NCBI GenBank assembly: GCA_012295275.1
Contig: CM022670.1
Coordinates: 14,508,001-14,572,000, forward strand
Direction: 5' to 3'
DNA from: Chrysomallon squamiferum
Taxonomy: Eukaryota > Animalia > Mollusca
Length of the DNA stretch: 64,000 bases
Part shown: one piece after another, positions 24,596 to 52,682 of the stretch
How positions within the stretch are numbered: the first letter of the stretch is position 1
How the letters are laid out: each line of letters begins with the position of its first letter
Position numbers and translations under genes: made by a program
The notes under the pieces: model-generated
Database searches by the model: none
What the model was told of the DNA's origin: nothing
Seen by the model: only the letters and a program-made list of their open reading frames with translations

Positions 24596-24981
24596 TATAT
24601 ACACATACATACATAGAAAAAACAAAACAAACAAATAAAGAAAGTACATTCACAATAACAATTTAAATAGCTATTTAAATGTTTAATCAAAAAGAACATC
24701 TATTCGGTGAACTGTCTATAATTTAGTGACAGAGAACTCTTGTATAATAAGTTTTGCGACTTCATCCAGATATTGTGATGCAAATTTAACAGGATCCAGG
24801 GGAACTGAGTCAAGAGCCTTGATTTACTGTATATAGAGACTATACATAGAACATATTTTGCTAAGTAAAGCAGTCGCAGGTTTCATCTCACTTGTTACAC
24901 AGATAATAACCGTTAATACTAGCCTGTGCTGAAATATCTTTAAACATAAATTCCTGTACATTTAATTTAAATTGTAACTAC

Positions 24982-25021
<40 letters not shown>

Positions 25022-26005
25022 TGTGTGTGTGTGTGTGTGTGTGTGTATTTGTTTCTATAATATTTGAAATCGACTTACCAAACTCTGCAAATATCTTGAC
25101 ACGAGTCAAAGAAATACAATACAGAACAAAAGCAAAAATCATCCACACAGTAGCCATGTTGCCAAAACTTAGTCACTTTCAGCTAAGAACTGTTTAGTGC
25201 AAACAGTAATTAGTTTAGAAAGTTTCAGTGCATCACTATTATATTCTTTAAAATACACGTGCTATATCACGTGATTAACTAAATACACTGTGGGTTTGGC
25301 TTGTTTGAGAGACAAAGGATTGTTCATGGTTAACATGCTGAGTCGAGGCGTGGTTTCAGCATGAACCTCTCTGATATACATATGTATATATATATTTATT
25401 TATTTATTTGTTTATATATGTATATATATTTATTTATTTATTTATTTGTTTATATATGTATTTATTTATTTTTGATATATAATAATAGGAACATATACAC
25501 ACATCCATTCACGCTTGCATGGTAGAGAATTATTTTGCTTGAATATTTAAAACAGTCTTGCAAAAGAGAACTGTGAATAAAACGAAACCAATATCAATTT
25601 ATATATCTGCACATTTAGTAAAATTGTTTTTATTTTAAATTATAATTTCTTTGAAAAGATTATTCGCCATTGTCATCTTGCAGGAAGCATTTTAGCCGTT
25701 AATACACTCCTTACCATTAATTAAACAAAAGTTTGTGATTAAGGACATTCACAAAATTAGTGAAACCGTAACTCCACGAACTACTCGTTGTTTACATTAT
25801 ATCAAAGTCATTTTTTAAACAGGATTTAATTTCATAATATTAACTTTCGGGTACACACCATTGCGTGCTGGGGAATAACATTAAAGTTTTACTTTAATTT
25901 GTTTTCTCTAGGTTACTCAGTGACTTATTATACTATAGGTAGACGTTGGTTTCTGAAAGAGTGCGTAAATGTTTGTAATTTGAAATGAAAAGTTATTTAG
26001 GATAC

Positions 26006-26158
<153 letters not shown>

Positions 26159-26463
26159 TGTGTGTGTGTGTGTGGGTGTGTGTGGGTGTGTGTCTGTGTG
26201 TGTGTTTATTGCGAACTGTTTCAAACTGAGTTACCTGCCTTCATTTATACATAAGGGGCATGCGAGACTGCAGTGTTGTCATACGTGTTCTGAATTAAAA
26301 AGTGAATGCATCAAGGGCTGCAGGCACGTCAACTTCAATGTCACTGAGAAAATTCATAGCATATCAATGAGGGAACGACAGGGTACAGAAATGAGCACGT
26401 CAATGTTATTATTTTTATTTATTATTACTCCTCGTCCTCCCTCTTCTTCTCCTCCTCCTTCTC

Positions 26464-26526
<63 letters not shown>

Positions 26527-26534
26527 TATTTATT

Positions 26535-26577
<43 letters not shown>

Positions 26578-27316
26578 TATATTTTTAGCTGAGGTTTTTT
26601 TTCCATACAGTGGCTCAGGTTTTTGTAGGAATTTAGCAGTTTAGTCGTAAAGTTCGGCCTCTGTCATTCGAAATTGACAGAGTCTGGTCCTTAAAACGTT
26701 TGTTGAACCGAGTACATAAACAGTTCGATAAGGACTGTTATCATTTCATTCGACAGCAGTTTTGTTTTACAATAGACTAATGGTAACATAATGTATATAA
26801 TGATAAAATAAACTAAAATTTCTCGGGACTCAGCCTTTTAAGGCTTTTTCGTCTACTGGAGTGATATGGTCGAAACATGAAGTTAATACTTACTTAAAAT
26901 TAAATAAAATCAAAAATACATGTTTAATACATCAATAAATAAATAAATAAATAAATTAATTAATTAAAAACAAATGTGATTCAAGAATAAATAAATAAAT
27001 AAAGAAAGAAATAATGAAAAAAAGAAAAGAAAAGAAAGCAATGTCAATAACTAATTTATTACTTCATTTAAAAGACAGGTTGTAGGTTCAGTCCATCTTA
27101 GTTCTCCCGTTAAGATACTCTACACATATGTAAAAAATCGTGGAATGCGTTTAGTTCAGTCCTTAAGTTTAGCAGTTTGTCAGTTACTTACTAATCACTT
27201 TAATATGTTTTCATATTGCAATTCAGGGCATACTGGACCTTTCTCATCATCATTATTACAAATAAGAATTCCTTATATATGTTCGTACTATTTTTAATTA
27301 TTATTATTTTTTCCAG

Positions 27317-28294
27317 CTTGTACACTTCTATCTACTTACTGACGTAACTGTAATAAACTGTGTCAGAATCGCCACTGTTCGTCAACAAATGCATCCTATG
27401 ATGTACAGTATGGAAATTGCGGTAAGGATATAGATCCTAGGGTCAGGCAAGATGAAAGGGAATGACTGTACACAACATAACCATTTCTTCATGAATTGTG
27501 ATAAATGTCTTTAAACCAAAACCCCATAGTGATTTAACTCATACTTTAGAAACTCCTTTTTACTTTTGTTTGCATTCTTGGTGTATTACACCTGAAATTG
27601 TGTTTGGATCTTACGTATTTGAGGAAATATGTTGTGCACAAGCAAAACTTCATAGTAATTCAAGACAAATACTGTAAATGCATTCCAGTCTATTTAGACG
27701 GATCACGGAATGGGACGTATATGGCATGTGATACAGTTTTTCCATGAGTTACAATACTTTTCAACACACTGCCTTACTACAGTCAGTTTTAAACGACTGA
27801 CTTTCATATCTCCAAGATTACAGAACATGAAACCACATGATCGCCTAACTGGGATGGCGATATGAAAATGTATCCTTTAAAGACACTGCATCCTACAATG
27901 CATCTTTACGACTTATGTTACCAGACATATTTAGAACAACCTTCATGTTACCAGACATGTTTTGGAAGAATTGCAGTCCTCCTGCAACCAACTGAACACC
28001 TCTTAATTTTATTCCAAGATTGTTATAATAGTCATCAGTGTTGTCATCTGATAATGACTAGATTGTGGATAAAATCCATATTAAGCTTTTTTTAATTTTC
28101 TTCTAAAGGATCTGTAGATTAAAGAAATGATTCTGTGTCTACTGATGATTCAGTTGCATCTGGTAAACACGGAATTGGATGTCTATACAAATATGATGAC
28201 AGACAGTACTTCGGTGGTCAGAAAGGTGATTCAGGAACTGGAAAATATATTGATGGATGCATTCCTGGACGGAAGGGGATTTCATGTTCAGAAG
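27317..28294 (+). pseudogene. Cluster of decayed EGF-like exons of a plus-strand paralog
   Basis: 27317-~27477 reads ACTLLSTY*RNCNKLCQNRHC.. (stop). Further fragments lie at ~27590-28050. 28154-28294 is open with AG/GT ends (VASGKHGIGCLYKYDDRQY..DGCIPGRKGISCSE) but keeps only 3 Cys. Confidence 0.75.
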
Positions 28295-28443
28295 GTAATA
28301 AATACATGTGTGTACGTGCGTGTGTAAATGTGTGTATGAATGTGTGTGTGTAAATCAGACTGAAACTTTCCTGTCGATATGGTAAAATGAGTATTCGCGT
28401 AATATGTTTAATGTAATATGTTAATCAGTGTATTGGTTTCTTT

Positions 28444-28483
<40 letters not shown>

Positions 28484-29288
28484 TCATCATCATCTTCTTC
28501 TTCTTCGGTGTACTTTATCTTCATTATCTGCATAATAATCGCTATAGGTTTGTTATTGTTGTTGTTAGTATAGCTATTATTATTATTTTTATGTTTTTAT
28601 TTTATTTTGATCACAGAAACAGCGACAACTAAACCGTCGTCTAAAAAGACAACAATAACAGCTGTATCAATTTACAACAGGAACGTTATTTTTATTTGTG
28701 ATAATATTCATTACTGTTGTTATGTGGTAAGTTTAAATTAATGTAAAACACACTTCTGTTTTTTAACTGTCCTAAAGAAAACTTTGCTCCATGACTTGAC
28801 AGTTATAGAGAAGTAATAAGTTATACAAACTTTTAAAAATTATTGTAACAATTCAATTTCTAGGCTGTTTCGCATTCGAAATCGGTCAACAACTAGTGAA
28901 CATACGATATTGTTTACCAAAAATGAAAGAACCCAAATCCAGAACAGCAGAACTAAAGCATAATAAAAACATATGATTAATCTCTTAGTGTTTCTGAAGG
29001 CACCGACAAAAGTGGAGAAAGTCCAGTGTTTATATCATAAATATCAGTGATACTAATCAAGCTTACATCAGATATGTTTTAAATATTACAAATAAACAAA
29101 AAAATTTTATACAATTATATACACATGCCTATAGACACATACAGACATATGTACATGCATATGTGCATTCGTGCATGAATACACACACATATTCATACAT
29201 ACATGTATGCATATATCCATACAAACATACGCATACATACACATACATACATACATACGTACATACAAACATACGTATACATACATAT

Positions 29289-29319
<31 letters not shown>

Positions 29320-30066
29320 CGTATATACATACATACATACATACGTACATACATGTATAAATGCATGCATAAATAACTATGACGGTAAACTTTTTTTTAT
29401 CTCAATTATTAGGGCTCTTAACCATACCCTAATAGGATCTCGATCAAGCTATGGAATGTTTTGACAGCTATCGTTAGATGTACTGTGTTCTGTGTTTATT
29501 TAAGCAAGAAAATTTGTCCTAACTTACTTATTAAAACATAGATCGTTCTAAAATCACATAGCCATTAACATTCATTAGCTAGAGGCAAAAGGAATGTTTG
29601 TCGGCTAAGCTCTGCTGACTTCTTTAAAGTCCGCATAGTTGTTATTTAAGGAGAGACCCGTTGTTGTTGTTGTTGTTTTTTCACAACAGCTTGCCCTGAT
29701 TAGCACGTTAATTTTTTTCAGTTTCAGTTTCAGTTTCAGTTCAGTTTTTTTTTGGAAAGAGGAGAGAAGACACTGAGGGAACACGTGGGACGGTGGAGTT
29801 AGCGATCATTATTAGGCAACTCTGTTACTAACTAGATCTTGCGTTATCTTTGTTTTAAGTCTGAAGCAGGGGCAAATGGTTATCCTGTTTCTGTATGCTC
29901 TGCTTCTATATGTTGATCAATTTGATGTAACCTGTATGTGCTCCATAGAGTTTAATTTGAATAATTTTCTTAGCCGTTAGGGAAAATTAAAGAAATAGGA
30001 ATTATAGTATTTCATTTAACAAGAACTAGCATGTCCTCAAACATTAAGTAAGAATACATTTTTCAG

Positions 30067-30170
30067 ATAAATAATTATCCTTGTGTTTTGTTTTGCGTTC
30101 ATAGTGGATACTTCTTACTCTGTATAGTTTATACCTGTAGTATATGCTAATATGTATATTGTGTGTGTGT

Positions 30171-30201
<31 letters not shown>

Positions 30202-30288
30202 TCTAATAAATAATTATCCTTGTGTTTTGTTTTGCGTTCATAGCGGATACTTCAACTCTATATAGTTTATACCTATAGTATATGCTAA
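30067..30288. repeat. Direct duplication of ~83 bp separated by (TG)/(TA) microsatellite
   Basis: ATAAATAATTATCCTTGTGTTTTGTTTTGCGTTCATAG...GTATATGCTAA at ~30067-30150 and ~30207-30288. Confidence 0.85.
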
Positions 30289-30399
30289 AACACGAGATCA
30301 TTATTTATTAACCTATATAATAATAATAATGGGGTCACCTCGCAATGCCCGCACCTATTGTTATATATTACTGAAGCAGTCAAGGATATTTTCTGGTTG

Positions 30400-30800
30400 A
30401 CATATGCATGTATGGTATTCATTTGGTAAAACAGTTCTGAACTGGCCTCAAAGTTCCATCATAGAAGCAGGTATGTGCAATCGAAAGGTGTCTAAGGTTA
30501 TTCTAAATTTGTAGCCGAAGTTCACCAAATTGTAACCACCATGAGCATTTGGCACAACTCAAACATTTACCTGTGTAAATTATTCATTCTGTATAATTTG
30601 TATTTTGTCCGGCAGGTGTGTACTGATATACCAACGCTGAACAATCATATCTTACGCATACATAGATATGTAACATAAATCCAAGCCTGGATTCTGAGCA
30701 AGTGTTCACTTTAACGAGGTTGAATCGTAAAAATCAACAGTCACAGCTTCTTGATTGCACGGTCAGCGGGTCCACCAAAGGTGCAATCTCTAGACAGGAA
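30400..30800 (-). mobile_element. Degenerate MULE (Mutator-like) transposase fragment
   Basis: Minus-strand translation across a frameshift gives NNLRHLSIAHTCFYDGT / ASSELFYQMNTIHA, matching the MULE DDE-domain start DGTF..P.LFYQLYTIH. Many stops. Confidence 0.65.
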
Positions 30801-31179
30801 GCGAGCCATATTATGATAGGGTCGTTAGCACTTGAAAGCTACACCTCTTTTTGCGATGGGCCGCATGGCAAGAACACAAATAATTAATTATACATTACAT
30901 TAGTGTAATTTACAAATGGAATATTTTAGAAGTCAAACTATAACATCTGTATTTATTCTTCACTTGGGAACATCAGTATATGGTTTATCATAATCATTTA
31001 CTTCTTGAGTGTTATCAGTTGGTACGAAGTGTTTTAATAGTCAGACTGTGGCATATCTCAAACATAAACTGTAATGAGCAGATAGCTTATCAATAATTAA
31101 TTGAGCTATAAGAATTTATCTGACACGTAAAAACTGTTAATTGTAAATATTGCCGAGGTATAGTTAAAGATTCGTTACC

Positions 31180-31343
31180 TTTAATTTTACTTGCATTTAC
31201 TTTGTTTGTGGAAAAATTATTATTCTGAGCAGCAATACCACTTTGTACATGGTCATCATAAATGTTTGTGTGTATGTGTGTGTATAGACAGACAGACAGA
31301 CAGGGACATACAGACAGACAGACAGGCAGATATATAGATAGAA

Positions 31344-31420
<77 letters not shown>

Positions 31421-31592
31421 CATACATACATAGAAAGAGAGGTAGAGATAGATATATAGATATATATGTATATTTATATGTATGAATGAATGTTTTTATG
31501 TATGTATGTGTGTATGTTTGAATGTATATAAGCATCTATATACTGCTAGTGATGATATGAATATGTGCATGAATGTATGACTATATGTCTCA

Positions 31593-31663
<71 letters not shown>

Positions 31664-31960
31664 GCAGATTAATGTTTATACTATCATTCAATATATGATA
31701 AAACAATTTGCTATGTTGGAACGTCTTCTTAATTATTGGCATAAAAGTTTTTGGTTTTTTCAGACTCGTGAAATGTCATCAAGACAGAAACGTAATTACG
31801 GAAATGGTAAATAGTTTGTGTTCTCTAAGATTCTTACTTTAGCTGCTAATTCAAAAAATCATGCCTGTAATTAGCTCATATTTATTTCTTCTTCTTTACT
31901 GATATTTATTAAATTTAATCTATATCTGATAACTACTTTTTATAATAAAACTGAATGTTA

Positions 31961-32009
<49 letters not shown>

Positions 32010-32623
32010 TAACATAACTAATCCTTGAAACTGGAATATTTATAAAAGCTAATTCAGCTGAACAAATAAAATGTCACATATGAAGGTAAATCTTGTTGAA
32101 AACCAATAATTTATATCGATCTGGCTGATGAACATATTTTTGTCAATTGTTATATAAAGAGCTGCTTTCCATAATAACAACATAAATCGTCAGTATAACA
32201 TACATGCATCGACAGATTAAATGTAATGGCTACTATTTCTGTTTTGTTTCTTGTACATCTCACACAAATAATTAACTAGCAATAATTCGTTTTCTGCTTC
32301 TGAACTGATATACTGTTCTTCATAAGTGTTAGGCGCAGGGTAAAATGTATGTTTATCTGTACAATATCAACATATCTACTTGCAAATCACACAATGACGC
32401 ACACAATATTATTCATACATTTATTCATTCATTTACTGTTATTAATATTATTTTATCATCATCATCATCGTCTTCAGAAATGTTTAGATGTATGTATGTA
32501 TGCTTATATATATGTATAAATGTTTATATACATGTAGGTACGTATCGAGTTATGTATTTAGGGTATGAATATCTATGGATGTACATATGTGTATATATAT
32601 TTGCCAATATAGGCGTGTGTGTT

Positions 32624-32680
<57 letters not shown>

Positions 32681-33888
32681 GTTTGTTTGTGTGTGTGTGT
32701 GTCGGAATACATAATGGAAACAAAACAATGGAAATACAAAAATGTAAGTTTATTTCGTTCACCATTTCGAGGTAGATTCACTAAAACAGTCGTGTTGTGG
32801 CTGTATACAGATACTGTCATAATGTGAAATGTGAGATATATCGGAGCAAGTAATTAAATATGTAAAATAAGATATATTTTTATAAACATATTAATAACAC
32901 AGGGATTTTCCAAACATATATCAGTAGAAAGGTTCATGTGCGGATGAATGCATTTCAAATTTTTACATTTTAAATGATTTACATTTTATTACAGTAGAGT
33001 GGAAATAACTAATTCTATATAACTGTTCAATCATCGAGCAATGTTTTCTTATTACAATTACTAGACAGAATCGAGTTGTACTTTAATTCAGACTTACTAT
33101 ATAATAACAACAATAATATAACTAAAAAAAATAATAATAATAATAATAATAAATAAAATTAATTAATTAATTAATTAAATCGCTAAACCCTTTAACATGA
33201 TTTTATGCATAACAGTCTCTATCACATGATGACTGTGATCACAAGATGAAGAAGAAGAAGATGATGATGATGGTCATTATGGTCAAGATCAGTTATGCTG
33301 ATGATGGTAGAGGATGACTTCAGCATTTCTGCTATGCTATTCTAAGTGTAGGGCTGAGGTGAATACATTTGGTAATAACTTTTGTTATTACAGGGCAGCA
33401 TAATCTATGACGCTACCACTTATAACATAGACTTACGAATGCAATGTAAATTTATTGCCTTTAAATACAACATCTTTTTTCATTCCTACCATTTAAGTTA
33501 ATTCAAATAATCAATGAATGAGTGTTTAAATGTATGTTTGTAAATTTATTTTTAAATAAAACTTCAAATTAGACAAATCGACTTAAATAATTCGTTCGTG
33601 TCATTATAGATGCATTTCAGTGCAGTTTGTAAACGTGTTATGTGATAAAGAAGAAGACAAGCAGAACTATTCTTACGCTGAGTACAAGTAATGTGAATCC
33701 ATCGAGGTTTACATCCCCCAACACATTCTCCAGTGTGAGAATCACAGGGAGAGTTATTGTCTTTTCAGTGTCTGACATCACATTGTAAACTGCAGTCTTC
33801 TCCACATCAGATTAAGCATGAATGAACAAAGAAAAAAATATTGTAATTAAATATTCGCTTTATTAACGTTGTGTTTAACGCATATTCA
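31180..33888. repeat. Inverted duplicate of ~11020-14685 with an internal deletion
   Basis: 31180-31594 is the reverse complement of ~14685-14351; after a (GA)n tract, 31660-33888 is the reverse complement of ~13460-11020. It includes a deleted version of the 68-nt tail exon (~31764-31806) and the dead EGF exon (~33677-33812). Confidence 0.9.
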
Positions 33889-33889
33889 T

Positions 33890-34130
33890 GTTACTCATCG
33901 TTCTGTCGTCTCGATAACTTTATGTCTAAAATGAAATCGATATTTTCCTGCCTTCCTCTATTTCACTAAATATCTTACATGTTTCTCTCTCTCTACCTGT
34001 TTTATCTACCTTACCGAACACATAAACTCACTCACGTGATATTGTATATTAGTTTAGCTATATATAAGCACGAAACCATATTACTATAAGACGATGTATA
34101 ACCAACCAATTGGTTAATTGAACATGTTTA
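33890..34130. repeat. Dispersed repeat (~230 bp), inverted copy at ~56740-56960
   Basis: CTCACTCACGTGA..ATTAGTTTAGCTATA..TATAAGACGATGT is the reverse complement of ACATCGTCTTATA..TATAGCTAAACTAATGTCACGTGAGTGAG. Confidence 0.7.
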
Positions 34131-35548
34131 ATAATGAAGTATTTGATTAATTATCGAAAGAGGCTACGTTTGTCCAGTTTCTAAAAAGAAAAAGAAAAAA
34201 CGATATGTTCTGTGTTTACGTTTATCTCGGTATACAAGTCATATACAGGACAAATATAAATATGAACAATATAACTAACATTCCACACAGCACCCCGCAA
34301 AATATTTTTTATTTATTCATTTATTAATTCATTAATCTTTTATTATTATTATTATTATTTTATTTTTATTATTATTATTATTATTATTATTGTTAATGTT
34401 GTTGTTATGTTGTTGTTGTAAGATATGTTGTTGTTGTTGGGTTCTTCCTCTTTGTATTAGTATTAATAATTAATTATACTGATATCATATTCATTCATTC
34501 TCTCTAATCTACTAACACACTAACAAATTGTTGGACAGACAACACTGTCTCCTGGTTAACGTGGGGCAAACGTGGGTTAACGTGAACCTTTAATGAGCAG
34601 AATGACGATTCACATGGCTGAAGCTTTCAAATCGACACACAATAATTTGTTAAAAGTTAAATTTGGAAGAGTAAATTAAATCACATTATGTTTTATTACT
34701 TAAGGTCTGTCCTGGTTCTGCTGTTGAACAAAATGCTAGAAAATGAAGACTTATCCAGAACACGCCTAGTTGTGGAGAATTAAACTGTCATCTAGTAAAA
34801 CACGTTTATACATCATAGAACCCCCATCACCAGAAACCTTTTTACTACAGGCTCGTTCGTTACAGATTAATAATAACCACCTTTCGAATATGAATATCTT
34901 CACAGTAATACAGGCTAAATCTGGATAGGGAAGAACAGGTTATTCTTATAAAAGGATGAAAAGATGACGAATAGAGAAATGTGTTTATATGTATATATAT
35001 AAATCGCTTGATTTGTCAACTGTTACAGATGATAGCGTGATGTTTTACCTTTGACGTATTGCCTTTTGTTCCTAGTTTGGAAAGTAAAAAATAGATAGGT
35101 GTAATAGTTTGACATTTAAAATATTCCACTCGTAAATTACACTAATGTACTGTATAACTATCTATGGAATGCATGCATGCATTTATACATGTACGTACGT
35201 ACGTATGAAATAAGATGAATAAGAATAAGAAAATATACATATACAAATAAATTTAAAGAAAGAAGGAAAACACCCCAAAAAGTACCCAAACCTGATAACA
35301 AATAAATAAAGGCGTATACACAGAAATTATATTACAAAATATTTAAATTTGTGGACATTCTAAATTGTTTCTTCCTTTCTTGCTTTCATATGGCTTTATA
35401 TGCTATATAACAAAACATTTAAAGGTAAACATGATCGAGGTTTCTTTATTACTTCTTCAATTAAAAAAAAAAACGGTATTTTTCATGTCATAGGTTTAGT
35501 GAAACTTTCAGAACGAAAATTTTAGTATATATTTAAAATTTATTTCAG

Positions 35549-35774
35549 AGGCTGGTTACGAACAGTGTCCACCCCAAAATGTAAGTTGTTTCAAAATATA
35601 AAAATATAAATTTGTTTTTCCAAACATAAAGTTCCGATTTTATTATTATTATATTATATTATATTATATTATATTATATTATATTATATTATATTATATT
35701 ATATTATATTATATTATATTATATTATATTATATTATATTATATTAATTCATATTTCATTTAAATAGTTTTAAA

Positions 35775-35827
<53 letters not shown>

Positions 35828-36008
35828 CATTTATTTATTTATTTATTTATCTATCTATTTATTTTTTATATCACTTAAATTATTTTTGTCTTTTGCTCAT
35901 TTCCAAATTTCAAAGATTTTGTAGTTTTCCAATTTTCGTTTATGGTGGATCCATGTGTCTGTTTGAACGTCCGTCTATAACAACTGTAACTGCGAAGTAA
36001 ATAAATAA

Positions 36009-36057
<49 letters not shown>

Positions 36058-36278
36058 GTAATAATAATAATGGTAATAATAATAATAATAATGATAATGA
36101 TGGTAATTTATTTTAGCCACCACCAGCATACGGTCAACCACTAGCGAATTATGGACGTAAAACTCCGGGATATGCTTCACCTCCACAAAGTTTCCCAGAA
36201 GATCAACCAGAAACAAAATACTGGCAACAGCCACAAGGATACGGCCTATCACCGGTAACAGGACAAAATCAAATAGTC
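35549..36278 (+). CDS. Two exons of an unrelated Pro/Gly/Gln/Tyr-rich protein with a PPxY motif (partial, family unresolved)
   Basis: TTTCAG|35549-35580|GTAAGT (AGYEQCPPQN) joins in phase 0 to TTTTAG|36117-36278|GTAAGT (162 nt, PPPAYGQPLANYGRKTPGYASPPQSFPEDQPETKYWQQPQGYGLSPVTGQNQIV). Start and last exons not identified. Confidence 0.6.
35645..35745. repeat. (TATAT)n pentanucleotide tract; a related (AATAT/AATGT)n tract is at ~21405-21518
   Basis: Direct reading. Confidence 0.95.
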
Positions 36279-36519
36279 GTAAGTAGATCATTCAGTCCCA
36301 AGCATTTGTTTTAGCAGTTTTCTATTTTGTTATTCAGACATGTAAATCATTTGAAATATATGAAAGACTAAGATAATGATGATAATAATTATTAACAATG
36401 ATATATTTCATCTTCTTTTTTTCTGTGCTAATTAGTATCCAAAACGTCTGTCAAATACAGTGACATATATTTTCATGTTGGTTTCCTCGCAAAAGACAGT
36501 CATCCCATAACACAGACGC

Positions 36520-37038
36520 TTAAAACAACACAAAACACGGTTGACCGCATTACTAATGACCTGCGGTTTTGGAGAAGATCAGTATCTTTTCTGCATCGCC
36601 ATCAGTACTCACTGTCCTTTCTCCAGTGAGGTCCACGTCGGATCATGTCAGGGGAAGTGCAGGGATCTGCTTCCGCCGATGTGTGTACAGTGCGCTGCTC
36701 ATGCTGGGGAATGATGGCAAAACTCGGACTTGATCTGTGTCTTGTCTGACTATCTCTTCATTTTAAATAACATTCAACGGTGTTGTTTTATCTCTGGCCC
36801 ACTAGCATAGAGTTGAGGAACGTGAGATGCTCTGAATCATGGGTGTGTGTGTATGGTCAGCTGTGTTCCTGGCGTAATCACCAATGGTAGTGCATCTTCC
36901 ATTGCAAGTCTTGATGACACACTTCCAGTGAGTACAAGTCTCTCGAACAACATTCTTGTTGTAGAGGTGACTATCTGAGAGGATATGGGGCGCACCCCTC
37001 TTCGACAATAAATACTCCACTTTCCGAAGTGCAACCAT
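36520..37038 (-). mobile_element. FLYWCH-type zinc finger / MULE transposase N-terminal relic
   Basis: SKRGAPHILSDSHLY..THWKCVIKTCNGRCTT..DHTH (W-x-C..C..H-x-H), then after stops LPSFPSMSSALYTHRRKQIPALP..DGDAEKILIFS. Confidence 0.75.
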
Positions 37039-39118
37039 GATGCAAGTATGCTATGATTTGATATTCCACAGTTATACATACATACATATATATATATCCA
37101 AATGTCTCAAAAGCTACTAATTGAATAAATTCACTGTAATCTGAGAACAGTACTTCACAATTGGAATTTTGTTAAAAGTATTTATTTTTTAATATATCAT
37201 TGCTATATCAAAACATGTCTCCTTCAAAGTCCTTTTCCTATTTAAGAACCGCATCTCAAACATGCTGCTCACCGGAGCTGTGATTACCACAGTTACCAGT
37301 GAGACAGAGCCATTCCCCACACAGGGGTGCCCATCTTACTTACTGCTTGTCTGCTTTCCAAATTGTATGACTATTGACCATAAGACTTTTGGGAGGATAC
37401 CTGAATAATACATATAGTAAATAATGGAAAAGTGTGATACAACTAAATACAGAAGACAGAAGAAAATTATAAAACATTCGATTTATTTATAGATTTTAAA
37501 ATGTCCATTTGACGCATTTTTATCCTAATTTGTGGACATCAGAACTCGTCTTTGTCTGTACAGTGCACTGCTCATACAGGGAAAGGAAGGCAAATGATTC
37601 TTGTTTTGCAACCGCATCATTGTATATTTGCTGTGTTGGTGTTGTTTCTTCTCTTGTTCACTTCCGCAGTATGCTGATAAACCGAGCAACATTTCATTAA
37701 GCTGAACTAAATCGCAAAACGCTTCCTGAATCAGGAAGCAATCTCTTAAACTCGAACTAACAATAGTTATTGTACTGAAGTGGTGAAATGCTTTGTTTAA
37801 GTGTTAATTTTAGTCTTTTTATGTATAACATTCGAAACAATCCATTCTACATTTTTAATGAAACAATTATATGGTAACCGCCGATAAATGTTGATGTTGA
37901 AATATCAATCATATGAAACGTACCCATAACTAATGCATATTCTGATATTAACTAAGAACAATCGAAACTATAATGAAAAAAATAATGAAATAAAAATAAT
38001 GAAATAAAATAACGTAAAGTAAAGCAAAGTAATAATCCAATAAAGAAATATCTAATAGTTACGTTCAAAAACAACATACACTCTTAATTACTAGAAGCCA
38101 CCATTATCTCCATTTGCTATGATCTGATACCTGAAGCGAATTAATTTAAAACTTATATACATCCACACACAGACACACGTACATAGAAATACCCACACAC
38201 CACCCCCACGCACAGAGTCACAGATATACTTACATCAATACATACAAACATACACACATAAATACCTAGGTACATACATACATACATACATATATACATA
38301 CTTTAAAAATAACTGCAGTGTTTATTTATGAATATCTTCTTTATTAATCTGTGAACAAATATTATTTTCTATGTGAGAGGTGCATAATGAAAACAAAGTA
38401 AACATCTGTAGCAAAGAAGAAAATTAGAAAGTAAGAAATAAATTTGAAGTTTCATCATTTCAAACTCAGAATAAAATTGTATACATATAAAATCGGTGCA
38501 ATGTAGCACAAAACTAGAAAAAGGTAAAACATAAAAAGAAAGACAAACAAAACCAGAGAAACAATGCCTCACTTCAAAAACAAAGCAAAAAGTCAACAAT
38601 TGAGATATATGTATATGTACATATAAATCAGAAAGAATGATTGTATTGTGACATAAAATAACAACATTGCCATACACGTTGATCTTTGAACTGATTAAAG
38701 TAACAGTCATACATATCTATAAATAATTAGTAGACAGATAAAAATATCGTAACAGAATTAATAGCAATATGCGTATTAGATATGTAAGAGGCATACCCAA
38801 AACCTATTTTCAAACAAAATAATTAGTAAATATGAAATAAACCATTTAAAATATATATTTATATCAATTAAATTTGTTTTAGAAGAAGTATTTGTCATGT
38901 TCCAAAATTTAGTGGCTTAATGTGTAAATTATAATAGACTAGTAAGACACAAATAAAATATTTAAGACAAGTCGGTTTGCATACATAATTCATAATACAA
39001 GATCACATGCATCTGTTGATTGTTCGTATGTAAACTGTCATATATAAATATAAAGATTTTGAACATTACATGTTAACTCTTTTTATGCTAATTGTCTACT
39101 CGTGTGTACGCATAAACT

Positions 39119-52682
<13,564 letters not shown>

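Noticed and set aside
29107-29464. Four overlapping YVCM/HTYI ORFs
   Set aside because: (TACA)n/(CA)n low-complexity repeat.
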